From: Epiperipatus broadwayi
Taxonomy: Eukaryota > Animalia > Onychophora
DNA length: 64,000 nt
NCBI GenBank assembly: GCA_028023455.1
Contig: JAQFVV010000003.1
Span: 23,002,001-23,066,000, forward strand
Direction: 5' to 3'
Shown: one piece after another, positions 24,717 to 38,900 of the stretch
How the letters are laid out: each line of letters starts with the position of its first letter
How positions within the stretch are numbered: the first letter of the stretch is position 1
Translations under genes and position numbers: made by a program
Notes under the pieces: generated by a model
What the model was told of the DNA's origin: nothing
What the model saw: the letters and a program-made list of their open reading frames with translations, nothing else
Database searches by the model: none

Positions 24717-25474
24717 CATAGAGGCAAAACTCTCCACATAGTACAAGCCAAAGTAATCAACGGATGCAGGAAGGCTTGTGCATAAAATTCCTATCCAATC
24801 TTGTCCAATATCCCCAGACTATTTTCTAGCTTGTGATCTTCATCAGTGAGGAGCCTTGGATCTGAGAGCACTGCACCTAAATCTTAGCATCTAATGCAAT
24901 TCTCCAGCAGCCACCTTTTACCTATTTAGTTAACTATAAAGCTTTGAGTCCAAAATGAAAACATAATGTTTTCAATTCAAGCTCATTAGCTTGTATAAAT
25001 AGTTTGTGTAAGCATAAAGAATGGTGAGCATGTGATGTTTGGTGATTTAATATCAATCCTGCCCAATAAGATTATGGTGACTGTGGTTATTAAAGAAACA
25101 AAGACACCAAAAAGTATGGATATTTAACTGAGTTCAGATCTATATGACTATACAAGCTAATGAGCTTGAATTGAAAACAATTGTTTTAAAGCTTTATAAT
25201 TAGTTAATACGGTAAAGGGTGTCTGCTGGAGGACTGGATTAGATCCTAAGATCTAGGTGCAGTGCTCTCAGATCAAAGATTTCTCGCTGATGAAGGTCAC
25301 ACACTAGAAATTAGTCTGGGGATAATGGATGAGTAGGTAATAAATAGGGATTTTATGCACAAACCTTCCTGCATCCACTGATATTGAGTGATGCCACTGT
25401 ATAGAAATTTTTGCCTCTGTGTAAACAGCTTGTGCAAGCATAAAAAATAGTGATCATGTGATGTTTAGTGGTTT
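24717..25474. mobile_element. Hammerhead family-1 head-to-head composite with 13-bp TSD
   Basis: Partial monomer (HHR 24803-24861 on minus) joined to about one inverted monomer (HHR 25272-25330 on plus). Direct repeat AATTCTATCTTTG at 24704-24716 and 25475-25487. Confidence 0.88.
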
Positions 25475-25995
25475 AATTCTATCTTTGATTATTAGACAAT
25501 GGATATGTGAGTGAAAATAGATACATTTTTCAGAATGAATCTATTAACATTTCTTAAATGACTATTTTTACCATTGAATATTTTCTGTATTTCTATTTTA
25601 TCCATTTTTTTTCATTTAAGCAGATTTTCCTGAAATTTCCATATTTTAGATTCCTGCATTTTTTAAAAAAACAATTATAAAATCTTTATTATGTATAAAT
25701 TAAGTATGTACATATGGTTGCTTATATTTTACAAGATTGAATTTAGGGAATTCCTTAGGTGTGCATCTGGATGAACAATCTGACCCTTTTATAAAAGATA
25801 TTAGGTAGATGGGCTGAATAATTTCCATGTGGCCTCATGAATGTGTCCTCATAATATTTTATTGTCTCTTTCTCTAATTTTGTTTATTATCCCAAGAAAA
25901 TTGTCCATGGGGTTGCCCATATTCTGATTAAATATGGCTCTGCATCTACAAATCCACAATGAAAACAAGATAAAGGTCGCCATTATTATCACATG

Positions 25996-27761
25996 TGTAA
26001 CAGTCAGAATCGTGTGATCAGCCAACCAGGTTCAGAGACCTAGCAAAAGTACTTCAAACCCAGCATGTTTGGGATATGATAGTCATGGAACAGTACTAAG
26101 ATTTAACCTATTTGAAAGTGCTCCAATCTCCACTATCCAACCAAACGCTCCTAATACTACTCATGGTCATCATTTTTCCTTGGTCCCGGTGGTCAGGGTA
26201 AAACAAGGACTCTGTCAGTTCAAACTTATCCTGTCATAAACTAGAGTTATTAAATTAATCCAAGATACTCATCAAATACCTTGATATAGCTCAGAATATT
26301 ATTTCAAATATTCCATAGGTTTTGAATACACATAAATGACTTAACTAAATGTGGACATAGTTCGGTGGATATGATGAACCAGGGAATGACATGACAACTG
26401 TATAGATATATATGATGTATTAACACAATTCCTTAGAAGATATAAATAATAATAACAATGTTTGGATCTTATTATGATCCATGTATGAAGTTACATTTAA
26501 ACCAAAAAATAATAATTACAATGTTTAATTATCAGTTATTGATAATGGTACAGTATTTAGATATTACTAGGATAAATGCATGAATTTTACAAAGAATTAC
26601 AATATTCAACTATCAGTTATTTATAAAGGTACAGTATTTAAATATCACTAGGATAAATGTATGATTTTTACAAAGAATTACAATATTCAACTATCAGTTA
26701 TTTATAAAGGTACAGTATTTAAATATCACTAGGATAAATGTATGATTTTTACAAAGAATTACAATATTCAACCATCATTTGTTTTATAAGGGTACAGTAT
26801 TTAAATATCACTAGGATAAATGTATGATTTTTTTTACAAAGAATTACCTGTCAATAATGACAACCTAGGTTATGAACTAAAAATAACAATTACAATAATA
26901 AGCATCAATATTAGATGTGTATGAGCATTACAATGAAGTCATATAATCTATAATGACAACAGAAGTTAGGGACAAGAAATAATAATTTCAATAGTATTTA
27001 AACATTAGGGTTAGATGTGTGTGTGTATTACAATGAAGTCATACTGGCATTCATGACAACAACAATTATGAATCAGTATGATACTGTAAGGGTATTAGGA
27101 ATTAATCAGAAACAATAATTACAACACATAGTAAATATCAGTATTATACGGTGTGTAAGCATAAAACAAATTTTATATTAATAATGATAATATTTGATTA
27201 AGAAATATGCCACTATAAAATTAATATGCCAATTGTCAAGAGTAAACACAATACCTGGTTAAATTAAGTTAAAGGCCAGAAATATATATATAATAAATTT
27301 ATGTGTGTATTCACATATATAGGGAAAGTTAAGTATATTTTTTATTATTATATTTACTTTTAGTATTACCAGCAGGAGTTATGGACCAAAACATAATTTT
27401 AGCTACCTTCATTATCAATAGTTATATGGTAAATATGGTTTATCTATCCCACACAGCATTACCAACAGGCATGACCAAGAAATCTAATTACAGTGTTCAG
27501 TGGCATCTGGGTTCGAATCCTGTGCCAGCTATATTATTATTGGCAAACATGGGCCAATCTCCTTATATGAGTAATAAAATATATATAAGTTCCTATGATA
27601 ACACATCCACAATCAGCTTGGCCTGTGTAGGAAATAATAGAGCGTGGGTTTTGAATCCCTATTGTCATAGAGTACCCATTTCTCAACTCAAAAACATGGC
27701 TATCTCGTATCACCAGGACCAGTAAAAATATCTGTCTGGCAGCTCGCATACCATTACTTGA
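25996..27761 (+). mobile_element. ~1.8-kb solo-LTR-like element X1
   Basis: Starts TGTAACAGTCAGAATC and ends ...TACTTGACA|TATAT. Termini and an internal CCYGGTGGTCAGGG...GACTCT block match 31653-32690 (inverted). TATA-like TATATATAAG lies ~190 bp before the 3' end. Flanks are not a perfect TSD. Confidence 0.6.
26530..26848 (+). repeat. 81-bp tandem repeat x4 inside element X1
   Basis: Unit tatcagttatttataaaggtacagtatttaaatatcactaggataaatgtatgatttttacaaagaattacaatattcaac, starting at 26530, 26611, 26692 and ~26773. Confidence 0.95.
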
Positions 27762-28263
27762 CATATATTCATTATTAAAAGCCATATAGGCACAGATCAT
27801 TCTATTAAACAACACTGATATATTTGCCCATAAAAAGCATTAATTTATATCTGTATAGATATTTTCTTAAGCCTCTGTTTCATAAGTAATAATGGGAAAT
27901 TTTAAGACAACCATATCCAATAGGCTAAAAAATGCCCAAGTATTTCAATATAAAGTTTAACCACAAAATGCTAAAGAGGCAAAAAAAAACACTACTGCTG
28001 AGATATTACTCTTTCCCCAAATGCATGTATCATTAAATATATATAGAGTGAGATGAACACATACCTTTGTAATAAGTAATATTGCCCATTTTATATTTAA
28101 GAAAAGAAGCATTATTATTATTATTTTTTTCTAACACATAAATAAACACATATATATATATATATTATTTCATTTTTTATTGTCATAAAGAATCTTAACC
28201 TAAATCAAATAAACAATAATTCTAACACTCATTTATATTCTCAATTTTCTTTAACAAGGTACT

Positions 28264-28853
28264 TACATTCGAATATCAGCCTTTCAAGCTAATTGTGCAA
28301 ATGCTTTGCGAGTGTTAATAATAAATGAATACTTTCTCATCAATACAAGATATAGTATTTATGCAGGAATAAAAGGAATCCTCTTATCCCTACAACTCAA
28401 ATATTTATATATGAGCAAATCTGAAGTACTGGCAAAGAAAGCATGACAATAGAACAGTCACTTTAAATTACTCTATACGATGTCTGAATGAATGACATTG
28501 ATGAAATTGTTTAGAATTTACTAAATGTCATTACAACTGAAACTTAATCATATATAAATAAGCATTTATTTTATATAGCGTCATTCATTCAGACATTGTA
28601 TAGAGTAATTTAAAGTGACTGTTCTATCATCACGCTTTCTTTGCCAGTACTTCAGATTTGCTCATATATAAATATTTGAGTTGTAGGGATAAGAGGATTC
28701 CTTTTATTCCTGCATAAATACTATATCTTGTATTGGTGAGAAAGTATTCATTTATTATAAACACTCGCAAAGCGTTTGCACAATTAGCTTGAAAGGCTGA
28801 TATTTGAATGTAAATACAATTGTATACAGACGCTATATAAAATAAATGCTTAT
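28264..28853. mobile_element. Fold-back insertion of unknown family with 13-14 bp TSD
   Basis: ~235-bp near-perfect inverted arms (28264-28496 versus ~28580-28815). A second, 26-bp inverted pair at 28557-28582 and ~28829-28855. Direct repeat TTAACAAGGTACT at 28251-28263 and 28854-28866. Confidence 0.85.
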
Positions 28854-31652
28854 TTAACAAGGTACTGTAAAAGTATATATGGGTAGAGGGTGGATTTTAA
28901 TACAGATATTTGATTTATTTTCTCTTTTTTTTAACAAATTAAAATAACATTTTTAACTAATAAGAATCAGGCAAACGATTTAAGAAATTTAAGTTTGACT
29001 GTTTCTTATTTTACAATTATAAAAATCGTTACCCCTCTCCCACTTTAGATTGGGATAAAGCAAACAAATTTATACATAAATTGGTTTAATAGTAAAAACA
29101 TCATTTGTCCCCATACTTGACTGGGTTGGCATAAATAATTAATCAATCAAATATATATTTTTATACCTAAAGAAAACATACTGGCATATCTCAAAATAGA
29201 TATATAAAAGCTGTATTTATAAACTCTATAGTAATCTTTTGTTCCACTTAGAATTAGACATTACACTCTTTTTTTCTACCATTAATAAGTAATCTAGTTA
29301 TAACACAAATTGACTTGTTAAAAATAATAATTAAAAAAAAACTAAAACACTCATATATATCACTGTTCTTTTTAAACACATCTTTTTTTTAAGATAGAGT
29401 CTTTTACCAAACAATTATAAATCTGTGAATTTTAAACTTAGATAATCTAGAGTTTTTTTTATTGATAGATGACATTTTTTAATTATTTTATCTTGAAGGT
29501 TTAAAAGTTTATACCTGCAATGCTTACTCTGTCACTTTATTGAGGCAGCTATTTTCCTACTGGTTCACTTATTTTAGGATCGATCTTTGGATTTACCAGA
29601 CTCAGGATAAACTGGATTCGAAGTTGGTTCTCCATTTTTTTCAGGCAGCAGCATGGAATCAATTAGAATTCTTTTTTCCTATAGATGTATTTTTCTGGAG
29701 ATTTTTCCAGAGGGAAAGGGTAAATTTTATCTACTCACAGACCATGGTGATTACCTGTCATCAGCTTATATTGAAACAGTAAGATCTGCTTTGCAGATCT
29801 TCATTTCACCTTTTTCCTACCCTCATACCTTAGTTTAAACTCCAGTGTATCAGTGTGTCTGCAATGCACTTATATACCGAAAATCCTGCCCAATTTTAAA
29901 TCACGAGTACAACACTTGTGTTATATATATTTGTATAAGTCATGCCCAATAAATAAAATGTTGAAAATTATGTGTATGTCCACATAATTTAGATTTATTT
30001 AAAAAAGTCAGTTATATAGGTTGTAATTGCGCACACATTGTGATATTTATTTTAAAACTTATGTGAAAATAATAAATTGTTATTTAAAAAACTTATGTGA
30101 AAATAATAAATTATTTAAAATTATTTTGTTTGAATCTGTTTATAAAAATATATTACAGTCGTAATATTTGTTTTTGATTTAAAATAAGTTATATTTGTTT
30201 CGTAAATAGATTCAAATATTGAAAGTTAAAAGTAAAATAATTTTCTTTTGAATTTAAAAATCATGTCCTATATTTTGTTTAAAATAAATGAGGGCTGGTA
30301 GGAACAATAGTTTTAATTATTTAATGTTATAAGAGCTTATCTAAAAATACAGATGTCCACTTAAGGTCATTTCTTTTAATTAGTAAAAGTTTGTTTTAAT
30401 TAAATCAAAGTTGTAGTCCGAATGTCGACAGGGAAATTAAAAATGGAAATTAATTAAAATTTTGTTGAATTCCTTTAGACATTCGGATAGAATTGATTAC
30501 AGCTGATAAGTGAGCAAAGTTTGGAATATTTTTGTAATGCTCCAGGGCAGTTGTATTGTACAATTTCACTATATATAGGAGGTTTTTCTTTTGTTCTTCA
30601 TTCTAGTAATATTCCAGCAAATATTCTAGGAAGATTCCTAGTATTCTAGTATTATTCTATTCTAGCAAAATTTCTAATATATATTTGTTCTGAGATTTTC
30701 TAGCTACATGCCTACAATCTTAAGTATCTGAAGCAGAATTTTCATCTTCAAATAAATTTTACCATGTTTTACAATACCACTTGAAATATCTATGAATCAC
30801 CCAACCTTTAACATTTCTAGCTTTGAAATGATGGAGTAGAGTCGGCAAGAAGGCTATTTTCCCCTCGGGAATGGTCGGCCGCTGCTCTATACCATCAAAT
30901 GCTGTCACATAGGAAACCCTAAACTGCTGCTACTGCCAAAATATGAACAATACTAGATTTTGCTGCTGACTCGTATAAAACCAGCCGACAATCAATCTAC
31001 CTGCAAATGCTTCTCCAGAGGTAACCCCAACATTAACCCAAGAGCTCTTGTGATTTTCTCCTATAATTAATATGCTTAGCTATTTTAAATTGTTTCCCAT
31101 TTTACTTTAGTAATCATGTATTCCTTTAAAATGTTCTAATATAATCAGTAATTTTGCTCTCTATCCTTGGGTTAATATTTTATATTTATTAATCTTTCTC
31201 TTTATTTTATTATGATAGTGTGCCAGAATAGTCCTTGACTGAGTGAATTATTCCCTTTGTTGAAAGCAATACATCAATATTAAGGCATTTTAAAATTATA
31301 AATAGTTTCCATTTTATTATCTCACGACTCATTCGTTTGAGGGTTATTTTAATGTTAGTCAATATGTATACTAATTTTATAGTTTAAAATCCACATTTAT
31401 TGATTTTAACCTAATATGAGAATATGTGTGAGGTCAATGATTAAATGTATCACAAATGCATGATTGTGTAAATAAATCTATGCTTTCTTTTTAAACTCAC
31501 AAGCATTCATTTTCCTATTTTAAATATATTCTGCTTTAATTTCAAAGTTTGTAATTGAGATTGAGAATGGGTGGATTCTCTTTAAATAATTCTTAGGGAA
31601 TTGATTAGGCATTTTCTCAATTTAAGTAAATCCTTTTTGTATGCTTTATATA

Positions 31653-32690
31653 TGTTAGTCAAGTATTGCCAGTAAGTGTATTGGTTGTCGAGACTGCTTT
31701 GTTTATCTCCAAGGGCTTTAAACGGCCAAGACCATTTCCAATTTCATTTTCTGCGGTTCCCAGGCAGAGTGTGTCCTCGAATGTCACAGCTGTCACCCAG
31801 TCCCTAAGTTTTGGATGAGTCCAGCCTTCGGCTGTCCATGACAACACCTTCCTATGAATCAATGGCGAGACGCCCTCTGTTGTCGTTTCACATATTCACT
31901 ACAATTTTGCTTATTTATATTTTACAAAGCATCCGTGATTTAAACACATCACACCCTCCATCCTTTAATAAATACCTTATTAGCAATACCGACCTCCCAA
32001 TATAATTATAAAATAAATGCCTTGATCACATCCCCACTTTATCGTTTAATAAGCTTTGGTCCATGCTATTCTCAAAATCAAGAATATTCTATTAAACTTT
32101 AATGTTCAAATGTTTTATTAAACTTTTATAATTTACTCGAAGCACCTCGCACATCTTCCCATCTCTTTTAAACACATTATCCTAATACTATATTGGCCTG
32201 AGGTATAGACTATGTACTTAACAACCTTTTAATGTAAATTTTATGGAATGTTATGCTAACAGCCATTTTAATAAGCATCCCTGTCTCATATAAGCAGACA
32301 GTGTGCGTTATATATATTTCTTGCAATATAAATAAATCTTGTAAATCTTATAAACAAATTTTGATCTTTTATTTTATTGATCCCTATCACTGTCTCGGTC
32401 TATATATCTATTTTATACATTTCTTTTGTACTATCCATAGACGTTAATTAGCAACCCAACTTATCTCATAGTATAGAGTCTCTTTATTTCTCCCTGACCA
32501 CCAGGCACTGGTAAAAGATTATATTATTAGTAGCATCAGATGCGTTATCACGTAGGTGTCACTGTGAAATTTAGACTTTAGATTTGAACCTAGGATATCT
32601 AGAAGGCAATCCCTCCTAGAGTGTTCAGTTTTGTGTTTGGGGTTTGAATTCTGCATTGTGTTAGCGAGATATATGAATCTGACCGTTACA
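31653..32690 (-). mobile_element. ~1.0-kb solo-LTR-like element X2 in (AT)n context
   Basis: Minus strand starts TGTAACGGTCAGATTC and ends ATACTTGACTAACA, flanked by ATATATAT and TATATA. Retains CpG. Homologous termini to X1. Confidence 0.65.
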
Positions 32691-33439
32691 ATATATATTC
32701 AATTGGTCTATTAGAGAGTGATTTTGACTTTCACTTTTATTCTTCTTTTCTTTGACTTTTTCTTCTGATTTTACGTTTGACTCTTAAAAACTTTTTGCTT
32801 TTAAAAAAAAATTTTTTTTTTCATTGCCAACAACTTTATTTTTACTCTTTGACTGCTTGACTAGAAAAATTAGCCCAGTATTTATATGAAAACTTTTACT
32901 CAGCAAAGCCTTCAGTTTAATCCTATATTTTTTCTTAACACCTATATTATAACTGCCTTTGTTAGAAATGAAAAAGACTGGTTGATTGATCTTTAATTTA
33001 AATCAATTGGTAAAATCCCATTAAAATTAAACTGAGGTATGAAAATTTTAATTGCATTTTTAATTGCCTTTAAAGATGAGAAAATAATTAGCATTTCCAT
33101 GCAACCATATCTCTGCCTCAAAAAAATAGACTCGTAAAAACTGTTATTTCCAAAGAAAGAATGAGTCAACTTATATTTTTCCAATTTTTCTTTGTCTTTT
33201 TTCAAGACAAAGAAATATATATTTTCTTTTCCAAATATATAACTAAAAAAAATGCATTTCAATAAAACAAGAGATACATATATGAGCCCTCTCATTCAAT
33301 AACACACACATCTATATATTATTTTGTAACCAAAAATGAAAAAAATCAAATATTTGATCTACAAAATCTATACATATCCTATTTTTAAATGACTAATATG
33401 AAGCTCTGTGTGTGCATGCACACTGATCGCTTCACATGG

Positions 33440-33850
33440 AAATTTCCATTTCTAATGCTGTCTTTTAAGGTTGTGAGAATTGGCTTGTTGATTCCAGTTC
33501 TGGATGTAATAAGGTCACGGTAACTACTAAGGGCTCAACATATGCATAATAGGTGATCAGTGGTTTCATTCTCTCTCAGGCCCAGGGAACAGAGCAGATC
33601 TATTCTCTTGAAACTTTTGTACATGGCCAGGAAGTGATTTGTTGGCAGGAATTCTTGCTTTATCTTAAGCAGGAAGTCCAAGTATTTGTGTTTGAGGGAC
33701 CAGTGCCTAAACTTCCTGATGATGAGGTAATTGGTCTGTTGGAGGAGAGGCGAAGAGGGGACCCCATTGGTGTTGATTATGTTAAACGCTTCTCAGATGA
33801 TCTTTTTGATGTTGAGCTGTTCCTACATTTAACACCACATTCCTAAGTCA
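33440..33850 (-). mobile_element. L1/Tx1-type LINE ORF2 C-terminal (zf-RVT) remnant
   Basis: Minus frame reads ...FLLKIKQEFLPTNHFLAMYKSFKRIDLLCSLGLRENETTDHLLCIC, matching the LPT...CxxC...ExxxHLLxxC zinc knuckle with one Cys lost. Confidence 0.65.
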
Positions 33851-34399
33851 CATCGGTACCAATCTTATGTATTTACTACCTGTTAATACAGCACCAGCAC
33901 ACATGAAGTCAATAAGATGCTAATTGTTTTTTTTTTTTATAATGAAAATATCATTTTCCTTAAAATATATATTTGAGAAAAGAATATTATAATCTTTGGC
34001 TGTGCCAAAGGGGTATTATATCAAATAGCACTACCAAATATTATGTTAATATAATACTTGTTTTACTATTATCAATTATTAACTATACTATATAGCTTTT
34101 ATATCTTAGATTTATTTTTAAATTTTATTTCCTGTGCGGGCAATTAATATTACTAAACTTTAAAGATCACATTTTCAGTTCTTAGGCTTAACACAAGCTA
34201 TTATTTTAATTTAACTTTGTTATAAACCGCAGCATAAATTATTTATATGTATATGGCAAACCCGATTTGACATAATTGTATATTTTTTTCCTAGGTAGTG
34301 ATTATAATTTTCTTTTATACTGGCCTATATTAAATTTGGTTTTCCTTTAACAAATTTTCAGAGCAAGTTTTGTATATATTTTACCATTTTTTTAATGCT

Positions 34400-35900
34400 T
34401 TATTACAAATATTCAGTAGATGGGAGGCAGCAATATAAGATGTGACCAACGGAATAGCAATATTAACTAAATATTATTGTACATTACGCGGAAAGTAACA
34501 AACACAAACTATACCCACATACAGTTGAAAATTCAATGAATGGATAAAAAAAAATCCCATTCATTTAGTTGGACTAAAGGCACATAACAATAATTAAAAT
34601 CTATTTTATTTTCAAAAAATTCCACTAATATTTTTGAATACGATATGAAAATTATTTACTTCCTCTCTTTATTTCTCATCAATATTTTATACAGAGTAAT
34701 AAATCATTACAAAAAAATATTTAAAAATAATTCAGATTTGGCCGGGAAAGAAAAAACTATCCCGCACTTTTTTTTTTCACAAAAATCCGATATTGAGATA
34801 AAATTCAAATTAATTTTAATTTGATTTAAATTTAAATAACACAATAATAATTAGTAAATGGAAATATAATTAAGTCAAATACAAAGAATAAATTTTACTT
34901 AAATATTCAAAATTAATTTGTTATTCTAAAATCAAATAATTTCAATTTAGTTTGCACCACTGAAAAACTTTACAATAATTTTCTGCGAGAACAGCTTTTA
35001 GGATATTTAGATACATCTCGTCTGCGTATTAATTGCAGTTCATTTCAATGAGACGGAACTCCTGAATCTTTTCGGCAGCGTGCCTATGCCTATCTGAAAT
35101 ATAGATGTGACTATAACTGGTTGGTAATTTACTCCAGGTAATAATATTAGAATGAATATGAAAATGGTTTGTTATATTGAATTATATGATAATATTTTGA
35201 AAGTTAAATTAGTAAGCCTTGATTTATCTAAATTATCTTACTAGTTTTCTTCCCAGAATATTATCATTTGTAATTATTGCTTAATTTAACAACATGTAAA
35301 TATAAAGATTAAAGTTTTATTATATGCAGTGCTGGAATAATTTTTGAGCATCTAAATAAAACGTAAACGTTGATTACGTTGAATATTACCCTGTATTTGG
35401 TACCGCATCATAAAGTTAATGTTAAAGAAAAAAAAGTGAAGGCCACGGTATTTCTCTACTTATGCCGTAAAAAAATTACTATGTAAAATGTAGGTGGACA
35501 GGCATACGTAATATAAAATTAATTTTCAATTCATTTGGCAGCTTTCCATGATATGTTTCGATCACGTTGATTTTAACTCTTTTGTCGAGTTATTTTTAAA
35601 TGTATTTGACTGAATAAAATTTAAAAACTATTACTTAGAACTATTTCCTTTGTAATTATTAATATTTATTATATTTTGTGTTGAAAAAATACCTTAGACG
35701 CATTTAATTCTCCGTTTCCTTATTATGTTTTGAAATATTAAAATGCTCGACCTTATTTAGCGTAAAGTTAATAGTTTTCTTAAGCATAAGGTGGAGGGCA
35801 AATTTCATACTACTGTAAACGTTTTTACTAGTTTTGAATTTTAATGTAAATTTTCATTTCCCTCGAATGTTGATTGATATATATTTTTTATTACTATCGA
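34400..35900. promoter_or_regulatory. CpG-retaining AT-rich island, possible unmethylated host promoter or first-exon region
   Basis: CpG is visibly frequent here compared with depleted flanks. Donor-like ccag|gtaata at 35137. I could assign no TE termini or known ORF. Confidence 0.3.
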
Positions 35901-38900
35901 TCTGTAAGCCAAGAGATTATATATGTTTTGGAGATAAATTTAAAACAAATGTTAATTGTGTTATTTAATTTTTAAATTAATAATTTAATAGATTAATAGT
36001 TGATTTTTTAATAGTTTATTTTGAATATACAGATAATGATATGTGTGGTAAAAGCAATAGTATAAAGGAACAATTATAAATAGACATTAAAAATGACCAT
36101 AGAATAGGGCCAAAACGTAAGTGCAATTATAGAATAAGCTTGTTTTGTAAAGAAAAGTGAATGTGAACGTATATATTTATTTAATCATATTAATAAGCTA
36201 TCATTAAAGTTGGTAATTATAACTCGAAATGTTAACATTTTAAATTAATTGTCTTTAAGATGAAAACAATTAGTCAGAACAAATATTTAAAATAATCACA
36301 GACCTCATACTCACTTATTGCAGTCTGCTCTAACATCCATACTAACCAAAATAGATAATATATTTTAGTAAAAATATAGTTAGAACCAAAATAGATAATA
36401 TATTTTAGTAAAAATATAGTTAGCAATTTTTTCAGAAGACCAAATCACTTTAGAAACAGATATAATGTGCCCCTCTAATATTGCTTGTCAAATGATATTC
36501 AATGTATAAATTAAGAAAGGAATGGTTTCTTGAAAATAAAAGTAACATCTTTAAATAGTTAACAAAAAAATCAAGGTCTAGATAAGTTAAAATCATTATG
36601 ATGGAATCTATGAGATTCCAAGAGAATGGATTAATTTTATTAAGTGATTTCATATTTTGTTCTTGTTAACTATGAGTTCATCTTAAGATGAAAAGTGGCA
36701 TCTAAGTGGAGTTTAATTTCACAATAGATGCATGCTAATTGCAGGATTGTTGCAGGAAAATTTATCATTCATCTATTCTTAGGAGTACTTTATATTATCA
36801 GACTAGATAACTGCTGGCTAGCAATGACTCTTGTTGTGTTTTTTTATTTTTCATTTCCAGTTGAAAAATATCTAGATACCCATTATTGACCAGTATTGGA
36901 TGGTAGCTCTATAAAAAGAAAAAAAATCTTAAAATGTAATTAGCAGTTTTCATTTGTCAGATTTTCATTTCTCCAGATCTAGCTCTTGAATATGACAGGC
37001 TAATAATTAATAAAACCCTCAATATTTTATTTTATGGTCTTTTTAGAAATCTTTCTTAAATTCATTATCATAAATTCAATTTTTATATTTGTGAAATACC
37101 CAGCTCCTTTCTTGAAAACATTTTAACAATTCTAGCAATCATCACTGATTTGTTACACATTACAAATTCAGTGACAATCTTATTTTAATTTACAGTGCAG
37201 ATGCAATGTCATTAATCAGACATGCACTTGTTTCTGAGCACACCCTTATCCTCTTATTCATTATATACCTCCATGTTTATAAAGCACCCATTTGCTGCTA
37301 GAATTAGTTGAAAAAGATTGGAGTTGTTACCATATTTTTTTTACTACTACAAGCACATACCTGAAATTTGAGAATATTAATTAAAAGTTTCTAGAAATAT
37401 CAGCCTTAATATATTATATATGCATTTGGAATACTTTTTTTATACCATAATAAAAAATAAGTAGAAATTTACTGACTAGTTTCTCTTTTTTTTTCACTTT
37501 AAATATATTTTTAAAAATTGTTGTAAACTTCACTGCTTGCTTATTTGAAGATAAACCTCGATTCTCTAGTTTTTAGTAACTTTGAAAAAGGCAGAACACT
37601 TCTGTTTTTAAGGAAAAAAAATAAATCAGATCAAGAAACAAAATGAAAACATGTCACTTATATTAATTAAGCTCTTTAATTTCCAAGTATTTATTTAAAT
37701 ATATATATTTTTAATTTTATTTTATATTTATTTTATATTTTTTCTAAATTGTATATATAATTTTATTATTATTACTTATTAATATGTGTATTCAATATTA
37801 TGTAAAACTTAATAAAGTAAATCATAACTTGTGTAAATAAGTTTGGTGGTCATGAAAATTAAAGGCCTTCCTTATAATTTGTCTGAATAGTGGAATTTCC
37901 TGAACTATAGGTAGCTGACTAACAATATTCTATTTATGCGAAATACAATTGTACATATAAAATCTTTATTTTGTGCATTATTTGAAAATATGAAAGTGGA
38001 TGAATATATCAAAAGTTCAGTATTATACACATATTTACATATTCATCTTTAAATGATCACATTTTTGTTAGAATTGTAGCCTAAATATACTGTAGAAATG
38101 TAAAGTGTATTTTGATGATATTATTTATCATTTTGGCTTTTAAAATTTACACAAATGATAATAATCCAGTCAGTCAAAATGTTTCCTTAAATAAATAAAT
38201 AAAAAAAGCATAAAAAAGAAAAGAGATTTTATTTTTTAAATTGTAAATAAATATGCAAAATCATATGGTTAATTGCTCAGAAGTGATGCAATTTTTTTTT
38301 TTTAAGAATCAAAATGGCAATTTGAACAAAGCAATTCTATCAATTGATTAGACTGAAATTTTTTTAAAACTCAGTTCAAAATTATCTTTAGAATCTTTGT
38401 TTCATGAATCTGCAACTCTACCTCTACACTAAACTGCATAGAACTTAAATATACAATTAAGAATGGAAGAGCAACTGAAAATATTCTTAATAAATTTATC
38501 AGAAGCTATTTCTGATGATTTTTCTATATTTTTAAACTATGAATTCATTATTAATTCATTATAGCTAATCATGTTGTTTATGAATCTGCTACCTGAAAAA
38601 TTCTTATGATCTTGGTGATCTATGGCTTTACACCAGGTTTAAATGCCAGAAAGACAAATAATGCCCCATGAGGTTTTTCACACATAAGTTATCAAATTGG
38701 TGTTTAATTAAAGAGCTCATGATGTAATGGTTAGCTTAACTACCTGTCTTGCCCAGGTAGTTGAAGATTTTTAATTAAAAAAATTTTTTTTTTCAGATAA
38801 TCATGCTATTGACATTAATCATCTATTTATTGATCGATATAGTGACTAATTCTCTTAGTAATCTAATCTTAGTTCTACAAATATCAGTATATGCTGGTCA

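Noticed and set aside
26530-26848. Regular repeats as a possible CRISPR array
   Set aside because: Contiguous 81-bp units with no unique spacers, eukaryotic context and no cas genes.
27361-27369. TAGTATTAC, the CRESS-DNA virus nonanucleotide
   Set aside because: No flanking stem-loop and no Rep-like ORF nearby; expected by chance in AT-rich DNA.
27381-27725. 114-aa ORF and a GGTTCGAATCC B-box-like motif
   Set aside because: It lies in the 3' part of LTR-like element X1. The ORF is not conserved in X2 and no tRNA cloverleaf can be formed.
29540-29838. Overlapping short ORFs and candidate exons on both strands
   Set aside because: Splice phases could not be reconciled without stops, the minus-strand acceptor is purine-rich, and no protein family was recognised.
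33553-33846. Protein-like 97-aa plus-strand ORF with an acceptor-like start
   Set aside because: The opposite strand reads as a LINE zf-RVT domain, so the plus ORF is best explained as its antisense shadow. The PMGSPL string on minus was also not accepted as a Penelope RT motif, for lack of the other RT motifs.
34951-35137. Long frame interrupted by one TGA (CTTEKLYNNFLREQLLGYLDTSRLRINCSSFQ*DGTPESFRQRAYAYLKY...), raising a selenocysteine idea
   Set aside because: No recognisable selenoprotein context, SECIS or homologue. A CpG-rich UTR or promoter can give such frames by chance.
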